A stretch of DNA of 34,251 nt from Fidelibacterota bacterium (GTDB lineage: Bacteria > Fidelibacterota > Marinisomatia > Marinisomatales > UBA1611): assembly GCA_012964275.1 (NCBI GenBank), contig DTUG01000179.1:1-34251 (forward strand). Direction: 5' to 3'. The notes beneath the pieces are model-generated. The model was not told the origin of the DNA, ran no database searches, and saw nothing but the letters and a program-made list of their open reading frames with translations. Position numbers and translations under genes: made by a program. Below, in pieces: positions 16,207 to 24,567 of this stretch (positions are counted from its first letter, which is position 1; the number at the start of each line of letters is the position of its first letter).

Positions 16207-17288
16207 AGGACACTCCTTAAACTTTCAATACATTGAATATTTTCTTCTTCAAGTCCCACAGATATCCGAATACAATTTGGCCAGCCAAAAGCTGTCAATT
16301 GTCGCAGAATCACGCCTTTTGCCAGTATATTTTGATGTATTTTTGCAGCTTGCTCATCTGATTCCCAGATTGTGGTGATGAAATTTGCAGCACTGGGAAC
16401 CTGCTCAATACCTAAATTATCTAATTCGTCTTTCAAATAAGACATTCCTTTTTGGTTAGTCTGGATGGTTTTTTCCAAAAATTCTATATCATCCACAGCT
16501 GCTGTGCCTGCAGCCTGAGCCACCAGTGATGGTTCAAAAGGTACTTTTACCTTCATCAGATTATTGATTAGTATATCATGAGCAAAACCATATCCGATCC
16601 GAATTCCTGCCAATCCATAGGCTTTGGAAAAAGTTCGAAGTGTGATCACGTTATCGTAACGATAACTCATGGAGTCTGGGTAGTCTGGTGAATCCTGGGC
16701 AAATTCGTAATAGGCTTCATCCAAGATAATAAGTATACGCTCTGACACGTGAGAAAAAAACTCATCGAATTCTTCACGGGTCACATAGGTACCCATGGGA
16801 TTGTCCGGGTTGGCAATATAAATGATCTTGGTGTAATCCGTGATCTTGTCAGCCATGGCTTGCAGGTCGTACCGGTGATTTTTCATAGGGACCCAATGGA
16901 CCCGTCGACCAGATGCATTGGCCAAAACACGAAATCCGATGAAAGAATTATCGGCACTGATGAGCTCGTCATCGCTTAATAAGAATGTTCTCATGATAGT
17001 AGACATGATCCCTTCAGAACCGGCACCGAGAATCACATTTTCCATCTTAACGTTGTATTGCTTAGCCAATTTGTTTCGTAGTTCATAGCCAGTGGCATCG
17101 GGATAGCGATGAAATCGATTAAAGGATTTTTCGACGGCTGCCAATCCTTTTGGAGAAGGGCCTAGTGGATTTTCGTTGGATGCCAGCTTAACGAAATCAG
17201 CCCTCCCCAGTTCCCGTTGGGCTTCGGTAATGGGTTTACCAGGCTTGTAGCTGGCCAGTTGTTTGATGTATGAAGGAACCAGTGCCAT
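16194..17288 (-). CDS. HisC-family PLP-dependent aminotransferase (probably aromatic amino acid aminotransferase by context)
   Basis: YKPGK, KLASNENPLG, RYPD, NPDNPMG, DEAY, RTFSKAYGLAGIRIGY, RISVG; start is ATG 17288 or TTG 17294. Confidence 0.88.
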   Translation of the reverse strand: MALVPSYIKQLASYKPGKPITEAQRELGRADFVKLASNENPLGPSPKGLAAVEKSFNRFHRYPDATGYELRNKLAKQYNVKMENVILGAGSEGIMSTIMRTFLLSDDELISADNSFIGFRVLANASGRRVHWVPMKNHRYDLQAMADKITDYTKIIYIANPDNPMGTYVTREEFDEFFSHVSERILIILDEAYYEFAQDSPDYPDSMSYRYDNVITLRTFSKAYGLAGIRIGYGFAHDILINNLMKVKVPFEPSLVAQAAGTAAVDDIEFLEKTIQTNQKGMSYLKDELDNLGIEQVPSAANFITTIWESDEQAAKIHQNILAKGVILRQLTAFGWPNCIRISVGLEEENIQCIESLRSVLSAI

Positions 17289-17290
17289 GG

Positions 17291-17749
17291 TCAAATCACC
17301 AACCGCGTCTCCTGTTTAAAGGTAGAAAGAACAACCGATGTTTTCAAGTTCTGTACATTGGGCAAAGCAGATAATTGATGCAGAATCAATTCCTCATAAC
17401 TGGGGATATCTTTAGTAGCGATCTTTAAAAGAAAATCTGCTTCCCCGGTGATGTGATGGCATTCCAAAACTTCAGGTATATCAGCAATGGATTTGAAAAA
17501 ATCTTCTACGGGTGTTTCTCCATGGCGGGCTAGTTTTACTTCAACATAGGTAAAACAGCCGTAGCCGGCTAACCGAGGATTCAATAAAGTGATATATTTG
17601 TCAATGAGCCCTGATGTCTCCAGTTTCTTGACCCTTTCCAGGGTGCTGGATGGGGAAAGGCCCACGTGCCTGGCTAGTTCTGTATTGGTGATGCGGCTAT
17701 TCTCCTGAAGCTTATCCAGTAATTGTATGTCTTTACTATCTAAATTCAT
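17291..17749 (-). CDS. Lrp/AsnC family transcriptional regulator
   Basis: LDSKDIQLL..LQENSRIT..ELARHVGLSPS..LERVKKLE HTH; ECHHITGEADFLLK ligand-binding domain. Confidence 0.95.
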   Translation of the reverse strand: MNLDSKDIQLLDKLQENSRITNTELARHVGLSPSSTLERVKKLETSGLIDKYITLLNPRLAGYGCFTYVEVKLARHGETPVEDFFKSIADIPEVLECHHITGEADFLLKIATKDIPSYEELILHQLSALPNVQNLKTSVVLSTFKQETRLVI

Positions 17750-17893
17750 GAATATATTTCGTAATTAATTAATAATAGTAAATAATATATGGAGATAATT
17801 GTAATATACCAAATAATATACCGTTATTATATAGCTCTTATATAGAAATGTTAGGCAGAATAAACTTTCATCACTTAATATGCGGTATCTATT
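17750..17893. promoter_or_regulatory. AT-rich divergent promoter region (lrp operon / sfsA operon) with phased direct repeats
   Basis: TAATATACC at 17802 and 17814; TTATATAG at 17827 and 17838; minus-strand TATAAT at 17831-17826. Confidence 0.5.
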
Positions 17894-18616
17894 ATGAAAA
17901 TTAAAGGTCCGCTGGTTCACGCAAAATTTATTGAACGCCCTAATCGGTTTATCACTATTATTGAGATTGATGGTATTCAACACCGAAGTCACCTGCCGGA
18001 TCCGGGACGGCTAAAAGAATTATTGATCTCCGGTGCAGATCTTGTGGTCCGAAAGGCTCCGGGTGGCTCAGAGCGCAAAACAAAATATTCCACTGTTATG
18101 GTTAAGCACAAAGGACAATTAATATCCCTAGTTTCCTCATTACCCAACCAGTTTGTAAAAGAAGCGTTGGAACAAAAGAAACTTTCTATGTTTAAGAGTT
18201 ATAAATTGATTCGTCCTGAAATAAGTGTAGGAAAGCACCGTTTTGACTTTTTGTTAAATGATCATCAGGAGAACAAGTTTTATCTGGAAGTAAAGTCAGT
18301 TACCTTTGTTAAAAATGGGATAGCCCAGTTTCCAGATGCGGTCACGGCGCGTGGAGCAAAGCATGCCTTGGCATTAAAGGAATTGGTTGAATCTGGAGAA
18401 AAAGCAGGGATCATATTTGTTTGTCAACGGTCCGATGCAATATCATTCCGTCCAATGTGGGAACGGGATCCAAGATTAGCACAGGCGGTACTTTCGGCCA
18501 GTCGAGCTGGTGTAAAAATATGGTGCATCACCCTTAATATCAGTGAGTCAGAAATGACATTTTGTAAAGAGATTCCTGTAAATTTGACCCGGCCAGATTC
18601 TATTCAAACAAATTGA
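17894..18616 (+). CDS. sfsA: SfsA DNA/RNA nuclease family protein
   Basis: RPNRF, HLPDPGRLKEL, RFDFLL, YLEVKSVT, FPDAVTARGAKH. Confidence 0.93.
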   Translation: MKIKGPLVHAKFIERPNRFITIIEIDGIQHRSHLPDPGRLKELLISGADLVVRKAPGGSERKTKYSTVMVKHKGQLISLVSSLPNQFVKEALEQKKLSMFKSYKLIRPEISVGKHRFDFLLNDHQENKFYLEVKSVTFVKNGIAQFPDAVTARGAKHALALKELVESGEKAGIIFVCQRSDAISFRPMWERDPRLAQAVLSASRAGVKIWCITLNISESEMTFCKEIPVNLTRPDSIQTN

Positions 18617-20286
18617 TCTTGACCAGAAAATACGCAATCATATATTTCAGCCTTAGTGGGTTTCTTTTTTTATATTCCTGTGCTGCGATTCAGGCACCTC
18701 CCGGAGGGCCAAAAGACATTATTCCACCGGAGTTGGTTCATGCTGTGCCTGCTGACGGGTCCATTTATTTTGCTGGTGGTCAGGTTGAGCTGGTCTTTTC
18801 CGAATACCTACTAGAAAGTTCTGTTGAAATGTCGATTCGGATTCAACCAAGCTTACCAGAACCACCGGAAATAAAGTATAGAGGTCGAACTTTATGGATC
18901 AATTTCCCAGATTCTCTGGCAGAAAACCAGACCTATATTATATCCATAAGCAGGGACCTGCGGGATGAACATAATGTGCAGTTAGGTCAAGGTCTGCAGA
19001 TCGCCTACGCTACTGGTGCCGAAATTGATCAGGGGAAGATCAGCGGTAAAATATATTATGAGAAACCTGCTGTTGTACATCTTTGGAAAATAGTTGAAGA
19101 AAATGACCTGTCTCAATTTTATAAAAGGTCCCCAGATTATGTAACAGATACTGATGATGATGGGAATTATTTGTTTTATTACCTATCGCCTGGCGCTTAT
19201 AAATTGTTGGGTACGGACAGATCATTTGCAGGGTTACCGCTCGATCCCGAACGTATGATATATGGACTGTCCTGGAACAATATTATTCAACTCGATTCTG
19301 TCAATACTAAGGATGGGATCAATATGCGGATCACAAATAAACCCCGTTCAATCAGGTTAGTAAGAGGAGAATGGCAAAGTAAAAACTGGGGTAGGCTCAT
19401 CTTTTCTGATAATATATCAAATTACGAAAAATTATTGCCCGTCCGTATTTTAAAGGATAGTGCTGTTATCGTATCCAAGACCTTCCTTGATGAATTGGAT
19501 CAAAATATTCTCCACTTTATGCTTCGGGATTCTGTGCCGGGTGGCTCTCACATTATAATTTCCATACCGGCAGTTTCTCAGGGCGAACAAACTATTATTG
19601 ATTCTGGGAAGGTGACAATAAGAACACCAATGGAACTGGATACGACTTATCTTGATATTGTTTATCCTAAAAGCGGATTTGAGATAGAACCTGAGCAGGA
19701 CCGGATTGTGCCATTGGATATTTATTTTTCCCGGACTATGATTGATTCTATTGGCAAAAATGCGGTACAACTGTTTGCAGATACAACCTCTTTTCCATTT
19801 GATATCCAATGGTTATCACCTCTCCATCTTCAGATTAATCCAATGGATAATTGGAAACCAAGATCAAAATTCTCACTTGTTGTAGCTCGTGAAGGAATTT
19901 TCCCATTTTTTGGTCGCAGTATTCAAGATTCAATACAAACTATCCAGATTTCGACGACCCGTTATAAAGGGTTTGGAAACTTGATCGGACGTATAGAAAA
20001 GCCTTACCCACAACCATTAATAGCTGAATTGATACCCCTTGAAAAGGAACAAAGTAAACAAAGGACTGTTGTAAATTCCAACTCTGAATTCGAGATTAGC
20101 CATGTTTCCGAAGGAAAGTACTCGTTGTTAATTTTTAATGATCTGGATGGCATCCGGAATTATTCCTATGGCCAGGTGGATCCATTTCGGCCTGCAGAAT
20201 GGTTTCAGTTTCTCCCAGATACAATATCCATTCGTAATAACTGGGATATGGAAATAACCAATATTCAATTGAAGCAGCAACCTTAA
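18613..20286 (+). CDS. Ig-like (Big_5-type) domain lipoprotein
   Basis: TTG start overlapping the sfsA stop; lipobox LYSC followed by AAIQAPPGGPKD..PP, typical of FCB-group Ig-like lipoproteins; beta-rich repeats. Confidence 0.8.
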   Translation: MILTRKYAIIYFSLSGFLFLYSCAAIQAPPGGPKDIIPPELVHAVPADGSIYFAGGQVELVFSEYLLESSVEMSIRIQPSLPEPPEIKYRGRTLWINFPDSLAENQTYIISISRDLRDEHNVQLGQGLQIAYATGAEIDQGKISGKIYYEKPAVVHLWKIVEENDLSQFYKRSPDYVTDTDDDGNYLFYYLSPGAYKLLGTDRSFAGLPLDPERMIYGLSWNNIIQLDSVNTKDGINMRITNKPRSIRLVRGEWQSKNWGRLIFSDNISNYEKLLPVRILKDSAVIVSKTFLDELDQNILHFMLRDSVPGGSHIIISIPAVSQGEQTIIDSGKVTIRTPMELDTTYLDIVYPKSGFEIEPEQDRIVPLDIYFSRTMIDSIGKNAVQLFADTTSFPFDIQWLSPLHLQINPMDNWKPRSKFSLVVAREGIFPFFGRSIQDSIQTIQISTTRYKGFGNLIGRIEKPYPQPLIAELIPLEKEQSKQRTVVNSNSEFEISHVSEGKYSLLIFNDLDGIRNYSYGQVDPFRPAEWFQFLPDTISIRNNWDMEITNIQLKQQP

Positions 20287-21345
20287 ATGCATTGTGTAAT
20301 ATTAGCAGGTGGCAGTGGTACGAGGTTTTGGCCGTATAGTCGGACTGATCGACCAAAACAACTCTTAAAAATTATTGGAAATCAGTCCATGCTCCAAATG
20401 ACGGTTGATCGTTTGAGGAAACTGAAATTGACAAAGAGAATTTATATTATTACCCGAAAAGAATTGCATGATTCTATTGCCTCAGAAATAAAAGGAATTA
20501 ACCTGGAAAATATCATTGTGGAACCGAGCGGAAAAAATACAGCTCCGGCCATAGGACTAATGAGCTTGAAAATATCTGCAAATGATCCGGAAGCGGTTAT
20601 GGGTGTGTTTCCCGCAGATCATTTGATTGTAGGTCACCGCGATTTTGAAAAATCTATAAACCAAGCTCATCGTATGGTTAAGAAACATTCCGGTTTGATA
20701 ACAATTGGAATTAAGCCTACTTATGCTTCAACAGCATATGGATATATTCAATTTGAGCAGGTAAAGAGCAAAGAAAATCTAGGTGGATACAGGGTAAAGA
20801 CATTTGCGGAAAAACCACACGAAAAGTTAGCCAAACGTTTTTTAGCCAATGGCGACTTTTTATGGAATGCTGGTATTTTTGTTTGGGAAACCAATACATT
20901 ATTATCTTCCATGGAAACACATATGCCGGAGCTCTATGAATATTTAGGAGAAATCAAGAAATGTATTCAGAAAGATAAACCATTTGACCATATTTGGAAT
21001 AATATTACTCCAGAATCAATTGATTATGGAGTAATGGAAAAATCGGATAATATTTTTGTAATTCCCGGAACGTTTAAGTGGAGTGATTTAGGATCCTGGA
21101 ATGCCTTGTACGATGTACTTACAAAATCCAAAGATGGGAATGTGGTCCGCGGGTCTGGTATGGTACTAGGCGGTGAGAATAACCTAGTACATTCGAATGG
21201 CCGTTTTACTGCTATTTTTGGTGCGGATAATTTAGTCGTTATCAATACAGAAGATGCAACCTTGGTGGTTCCTAAGGAAAAGGTAGAGAACATAAAAGAC
21301 TTGGTATCTTGGCTAAGAAAAGAAGGTCACGAGGATTTGCTTTAA
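20287..21345 (+). CDS. manC: Mannose-1-phosphate guanylyltransferase
   Basis: VILAGGSGTRFWP.SR..PKQ, EPSGKNTAPAI, PADH, YGYI, FAEKP, WNAGIF, SIDYGVME, WSDLGSW; no cupin/PMI tail. Confidence 0.93.
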   Translation: MHCVILAGGSGTRFWPYSRTDRPKQLLKIIGNQSMLQMTVDRLRKLKLTKRIYIITRKELHDSIASEIKGINLENIIVEPSGKNTAPAIGLMSLKISANDPEAVMGVFPADHLIVGHRDFEKSINQAHRMVKKHSGLITIGIKPTYASTAYGYIQFEQVKSKENLGGYRVKTFAEKPHEKLAKRFLANGDFLWNAGIFVWETNTLLSSMETHMPELYEYLGEIKKCIQKDKPFDHIWNNITPESIDYGVMEKSDNIFVIPGTFKWSDLGSWNALYDVLTKSKDGNVVRGSGMVLGGENNLVHSNGRFTAIFGADNLVVINTEDATLVVPKEKVENIKDLVSWLRKEGHEDLL

Positions 21346-21605
21346 TGACATATGAAAAATTATTAGAAGAATTTGAATTACTTAGCGATCGATTGGGTAT
21401 AAAGATCATCAAAGGTAAAGGTGACTTTGCGGGTGGCAATTGTACCGTGAATGAAGAAAAGATAATCGTAATTAATAAGAACAAACCTATAGAACAGCGT
21501 CTAAATATTCTGGCAAAATGTTTTATAGAATATGATCTTGATAGACTTTATATTATTCCCGCTCTTCGAGCATACATTGATGAGTGCCGGACTTTAGACC
21601 TTTAA
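21345..21605 (+). CDS. Small hypothetical protein (86 aa)
   Basis: TAATG coupling with manC; MTYEKLLEEFELLSDRLGIKIIKGKGDFAGGNC...YIIPALRAYID. Confidence 0.7.
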   Translation: MTYEKLLEEFELLSDRLGIKIIKGKGDFAGGNCTVNEEKIIVINKNKPIEQRLNILAKCFIEYDLDRLYIIPALRAYIDECRTLDL

Positions 21606-21610
21606 TTTTC

Positions 21611-21657
21611 TTGATTTGCAGGGAGTCCGGGTTTTACAATCCAACCCTTTCCCTTTT
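21611..21657 (+). terminator. Possible intrinsic terminator hairpin overlapping a possible sigma70 promoter for the EF-G2 gene
   Basis: AGGGA(21620)-GTCC-GGGTT...AACCC-TT-TCCCT(21654) followed by TTT; also TTGATT(21611)-N18-TACAAT(21635). Confidence 0.4.
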
Positions 21658-21686
21658 AATTATTACAACTATATAAAGGAATATAC

Positions 21687-23762
21687 ATGAAACAATTTAA
21701 TTCTGGGGATATAAGGAATTTTGCTATTGTAGGTCATGGTGCTACTGGTAAAACATCACTCGTAGAAAGTATGTTGGTACTTGGGGGTGAAATAAATCGT
21801 ATGGGCACAATAGAAGCTGGTTCAACTGTGGCTGATTATCACCCTGGAGAAACAGAACGACAAATATCTATTCATTCCACTCCGCTGCATATGGAATGGA
21901 CTGATAAAAAGTTTAATATGATAGATGTTCCCGGTTACTCTGATTTTATTGGCGAAGCTATTAGTTCACTGGCTGTTGTAGATATGGCTGTGATTTTGAT
22001 CCATGCCGTTAACGGTTTAGAAGTCGGCACTGAGAGCATGTGGAATAATGTCACGAAAATTGGTATTCCCAAGACATTGGTGATTAACGGTTTGGATCGA
22101 GAACACACCAGATTTGATCATATATTAAAACAGACTAGGGAACGGTTTGGGAAAAATGTTTTCCCTATGCATTTGCCGGTGAATGCTGGACCAAACTTTA
22201 ATCAGATAGTGGATGTATTACGCCGGGAATTAATTACGTATAATACTGATGGCAGTGGTCGGTATCAGGAAGATGATGTGCCTGAAAACCTGGAATCGGA
22301 AGTAGGCAGGCTCCATGAGGAACTTATCGAATTTGTAGCCGAATCAGATGATTCATTGCTTGAGAAGTTTTTTGAGGAAGGTGGCTTAACGGAGGAGGAA
22401 ATGCGCGGTGGTATTCACCGTGCCATTCAGGACCAAACGTTTATACCTCTTTTCTGTACGTCTGCTACGACCAATATAGGCGTAGCCAGACTCTGCGATT
22501 TTATTGCAAAATATGGAGCGTCACCAGATGACCGTAAAATAGTAAAAGCACTCGATGAAAGCGAAAACGATGTGGATGTTTCGCTGAATGGCAGTGATAC
22601 GGTTATTCAAGTGTTTAAAACAACGGCGGAATCTCATGTAGGTGAACTGTCATTGTTTCGCGTCTATTCAGGATTAGTTAAAACAGGCACCGATCTATAT
22701 AATACCAATCGAAAGAATTCTGAAAGATTGGGACAACTGTTTGTCTTAAATGGAAAAAACCGTACACAGGTAGATCGTTTATCAGCTGGTGATATCGGCT
22801 CCGTGGTCAAGCTTAAAGATACCCACACAGGAAACACACTTTGTTCCGGTAAAAAGGTAAAACTCCCAGAATTAGACTTGCCCAATCCCAATATCCACTC
22901 TGCTATCAGTTCATCAGCAAAAGGTGACGAGGAAAAATTGGCTGTTGGACTCGCTACACTCCATGAAGAAGATCCTACTTTTGTGTACCGTGTAGATAGC
23001 GAAGTAAAACAAACCATTATTTCAGGACAAGGTGAATTGCATTTACAGGTTAGCACAGAAAGGCTGAAGCGAAGGTTCAATCTTGAGATTGAACTTGCGA
23101 AGCCAAAGATCCCATTTCGGGAAACGATCAATGGCAAGGGGGAAGCTAAATACCGACATAAAAAACAGTCAGGCGGCGCTGGTCAGTTCGCAGAAGTTTG
23201 GATGCGTATCGAACCTAAAGGTCGAGGTGAAGGAGTTGAATTCACCCATTCACTTGTGGGCCAGAATGTAGACCGTGTCTTTGTACCTTCTGTTGAAAAA
23301 GGGGTTAATGTAGTCTGTAGCGATGGTGTTCTGGCTGGATGTAAGGTAGTGGATCTCAAGGTAGATTTTTATGATGGTAAAATGCATCCAGTAGATTCCA
23401 AAGATGTGGCTTTCCAGATGGCGGGGAAAATGGCCTTCCGGGAATGCTTTATGGCGGCTCAACCCTGCCTTCTTGAACCAATTATGAATATAGAGGTGAA
23501 AGTACCAGAAGAAGACATGGGTGATATCATGGGTGATATCTCTGGCAAACGAGGTAAAATAATCGGAGTGGACTCGGATGGCAGTTTTCAGGTAATTAAA
23601 GCACAAGTACCGCAGGCTGAACTTTATAATTATGCCACCACAATTCGTTCATTAACCGGGGGTCGCGGATTACATTCAGAAGACTTCAGCCATTATGAGA
23701 AAATGCCTAAGGATCTGGAGTCCAAAGTCATTGCAGTCAAGACAAAAAAAGACAAAGAATAA
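21687..23762 (+). CDS. Elongation factor G-like protein (EF-G2 type paralogue)
   Basis: Full five-domain EF-G length; GHGATGKT, RQISI, DVPGY, NGLD; KKQSGGAGQF, HPVDS; not in an rpsL-rpsG-fusA-tuf context. Confidence 0.9.
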   Translation: MKQFNSGDIRNFAIVGHGATGKTSLVESMLVLGGEINRMGTIEAGSTVADYHPGETERQISIHSTPLHMEWTDKKFNMIDVPGYSDFIGEAISSLAVVDMAVILIHAVNGLEVGTESMWNNVTKIGIPKTLVINGLDREHTRFDHILKQTRERFGKNVFPMHLPVNAGPNFNQIVDVLRRELITYNTDGSGRYQEDDVPENLESEVGRLHEELIEFVAESDDSLLEKFFEEGGLTEEEMRGGIHRAIQDQTFIPLFCTSATTNIGVARLCDFIAKYGASPDDRKIVKALDESENDVDVSLNGSDTVIQVFKTTAESHVGELSLFRVYSGLVKTGTDLYNTNRKNSERLGQLFVLNGKNRTQVDRLSAGDIGSVVKLKDTHTGNTLCSGKKVKLPELDLPNPNIHSAISSSAKGDEEKLAVGLATLHEEDPTFVYRVDSEVKQTIISGQGELHLQVSTERLKRRFNLEIELAKPKIPFRETINGKGEAKYRHKKQSGGAGQFAEVWMRIEPKGRGEGVEFTHSLVGQNVDRVFVPSVEKGVNVVCSDGVLAGCKVVDLKVDFYDGKMHPVDSKDVAFQMAGKMAFRECFMAAQPCLLEPIMNIEVKVPEEDMGDIMGDISGKRGKIIGVDSDGSFQVIKAQVPQAELYNYATTIRSLTGGRGLHSEDFSHYEKMPKDLESKVIAVKTKKDKE

Positions 23763-23770
23763 ACTAATGC

Positions 23771-24256
23771 ATGGATAAACTCTGGGCACCTTGGAGAATA
23801 GACTACATCCGCTCGGAGAAAGAAGAAGGATGCATTTTTTGTGACAAACCAGCAAACGGAGATGACCGTACCATGCTCATTCTTTATCGGGGAGAGTATA
23901 GTTTTGTTCTCATGAATCTGTATCCCTATAATAATGGGCACCTAATGATTGCTCCTTATCAACATACAGGGAATACCCAGGAATTAAGCTACAGTTCCAG
24001 AAGTGAAATTATGGAATTAGCTGATCAGACAATGACGATTCAGAAAAATGTTATGAATGCTGAGGGTTTTAATTATGGTGCTAATATCGGATATAGCGGA
24101 GGTGCGGGGATCGCAGACCATATCCACTTTCATATTGTTCCTCGCTGGGCCGGTGATACCAATTTCATGCCCGTTGTAGGCCATACCAAGGTTCAGGTGC
24201 AAGGTCTTCGGGAAACATATGATGACTTAAAACCTCATTTTGACAAATTGAGATAG
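23771..24256 (+). CDS. HIT-family dinucleoside polyphosphate hydrolase/phosphorylase (Fhit-like)
   Basis: LWAPWR, CIFC, NLYPYNNGHLM, HIHFHIVPRW.GD.NF. Confidence 0.92.
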   Translation: MDKLWAPWRIDYIRSEKEEGCIFCDKPANGDDRTMLILYRGEYSFVLMNLYPYNNGHLMIAPYQHTGNTQELSYSSRSEIMELADQTMTIQKNVMNAEGFNYGANIGYSGGAGIADHIHFHIVPRWAGDTNFMPVVGHTKVQVQGLRETYDDLKPHFDKLR

Positions 24257-24264
24257 AAAATTTA

Positions 24265-24567
24265 ATGTCATATTTCTCCCATTCTTGGCTGCCGTTTATT
24301 TACCTGTACGGCTTGGGCGGATTGTTATTTATTTCAGGAATTATTATTACTCTTAAATCCGGCTCTTTTAATCTTAAAAATCATATTCACCAACAGTGGC
24401 TCTGGGTACTCGTTTTTGGTTTTATCTGGTATATGGCGATGCATGGTGTTCTGACCCTTATAGCGCTTGGATATAATCAACTCGCTGTCGTAATAATGTT
24501 TCTAGTCATAGGTCTTTCAATTACAGGTACTATTCTGTTGCAGAGAAAAACACTGCATAATAGGTAA
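24265..24567 (+). CDS. Small membrane protein (about 3 TM), translationally coupled to the symporter
   Basis: Hydrophobic 100-aa ORF; TAATG overlap with the SSS gene. Confidence 0.75.
   Translation: MSYFSHSWLPFIYLYGLGGLLFISGIIITLKSGSFNLKNHIHQQWLWVLVFGFIWYMAMHGVLTLIALGYNQLAVVIMFLVIGLSITGTILLQRKTLHNR

Noticed and set aside
16219-16230. Aminotransferase-hppD fusion by frameshift, or Sec readthrough of the TGA upstream of hppD
   Set aside because: No slippery site or SECIS-like hairpin noticed; the SD-ATC arrangement explains the N-terminus more simply.
17765-17992. 75-aa minus-strand ORF over the lrp/sfsA intergenic region
   Set aside because: Low-complexity AT-rich translation overlapping the sfsA start and promoter DNA; no recognisable features.
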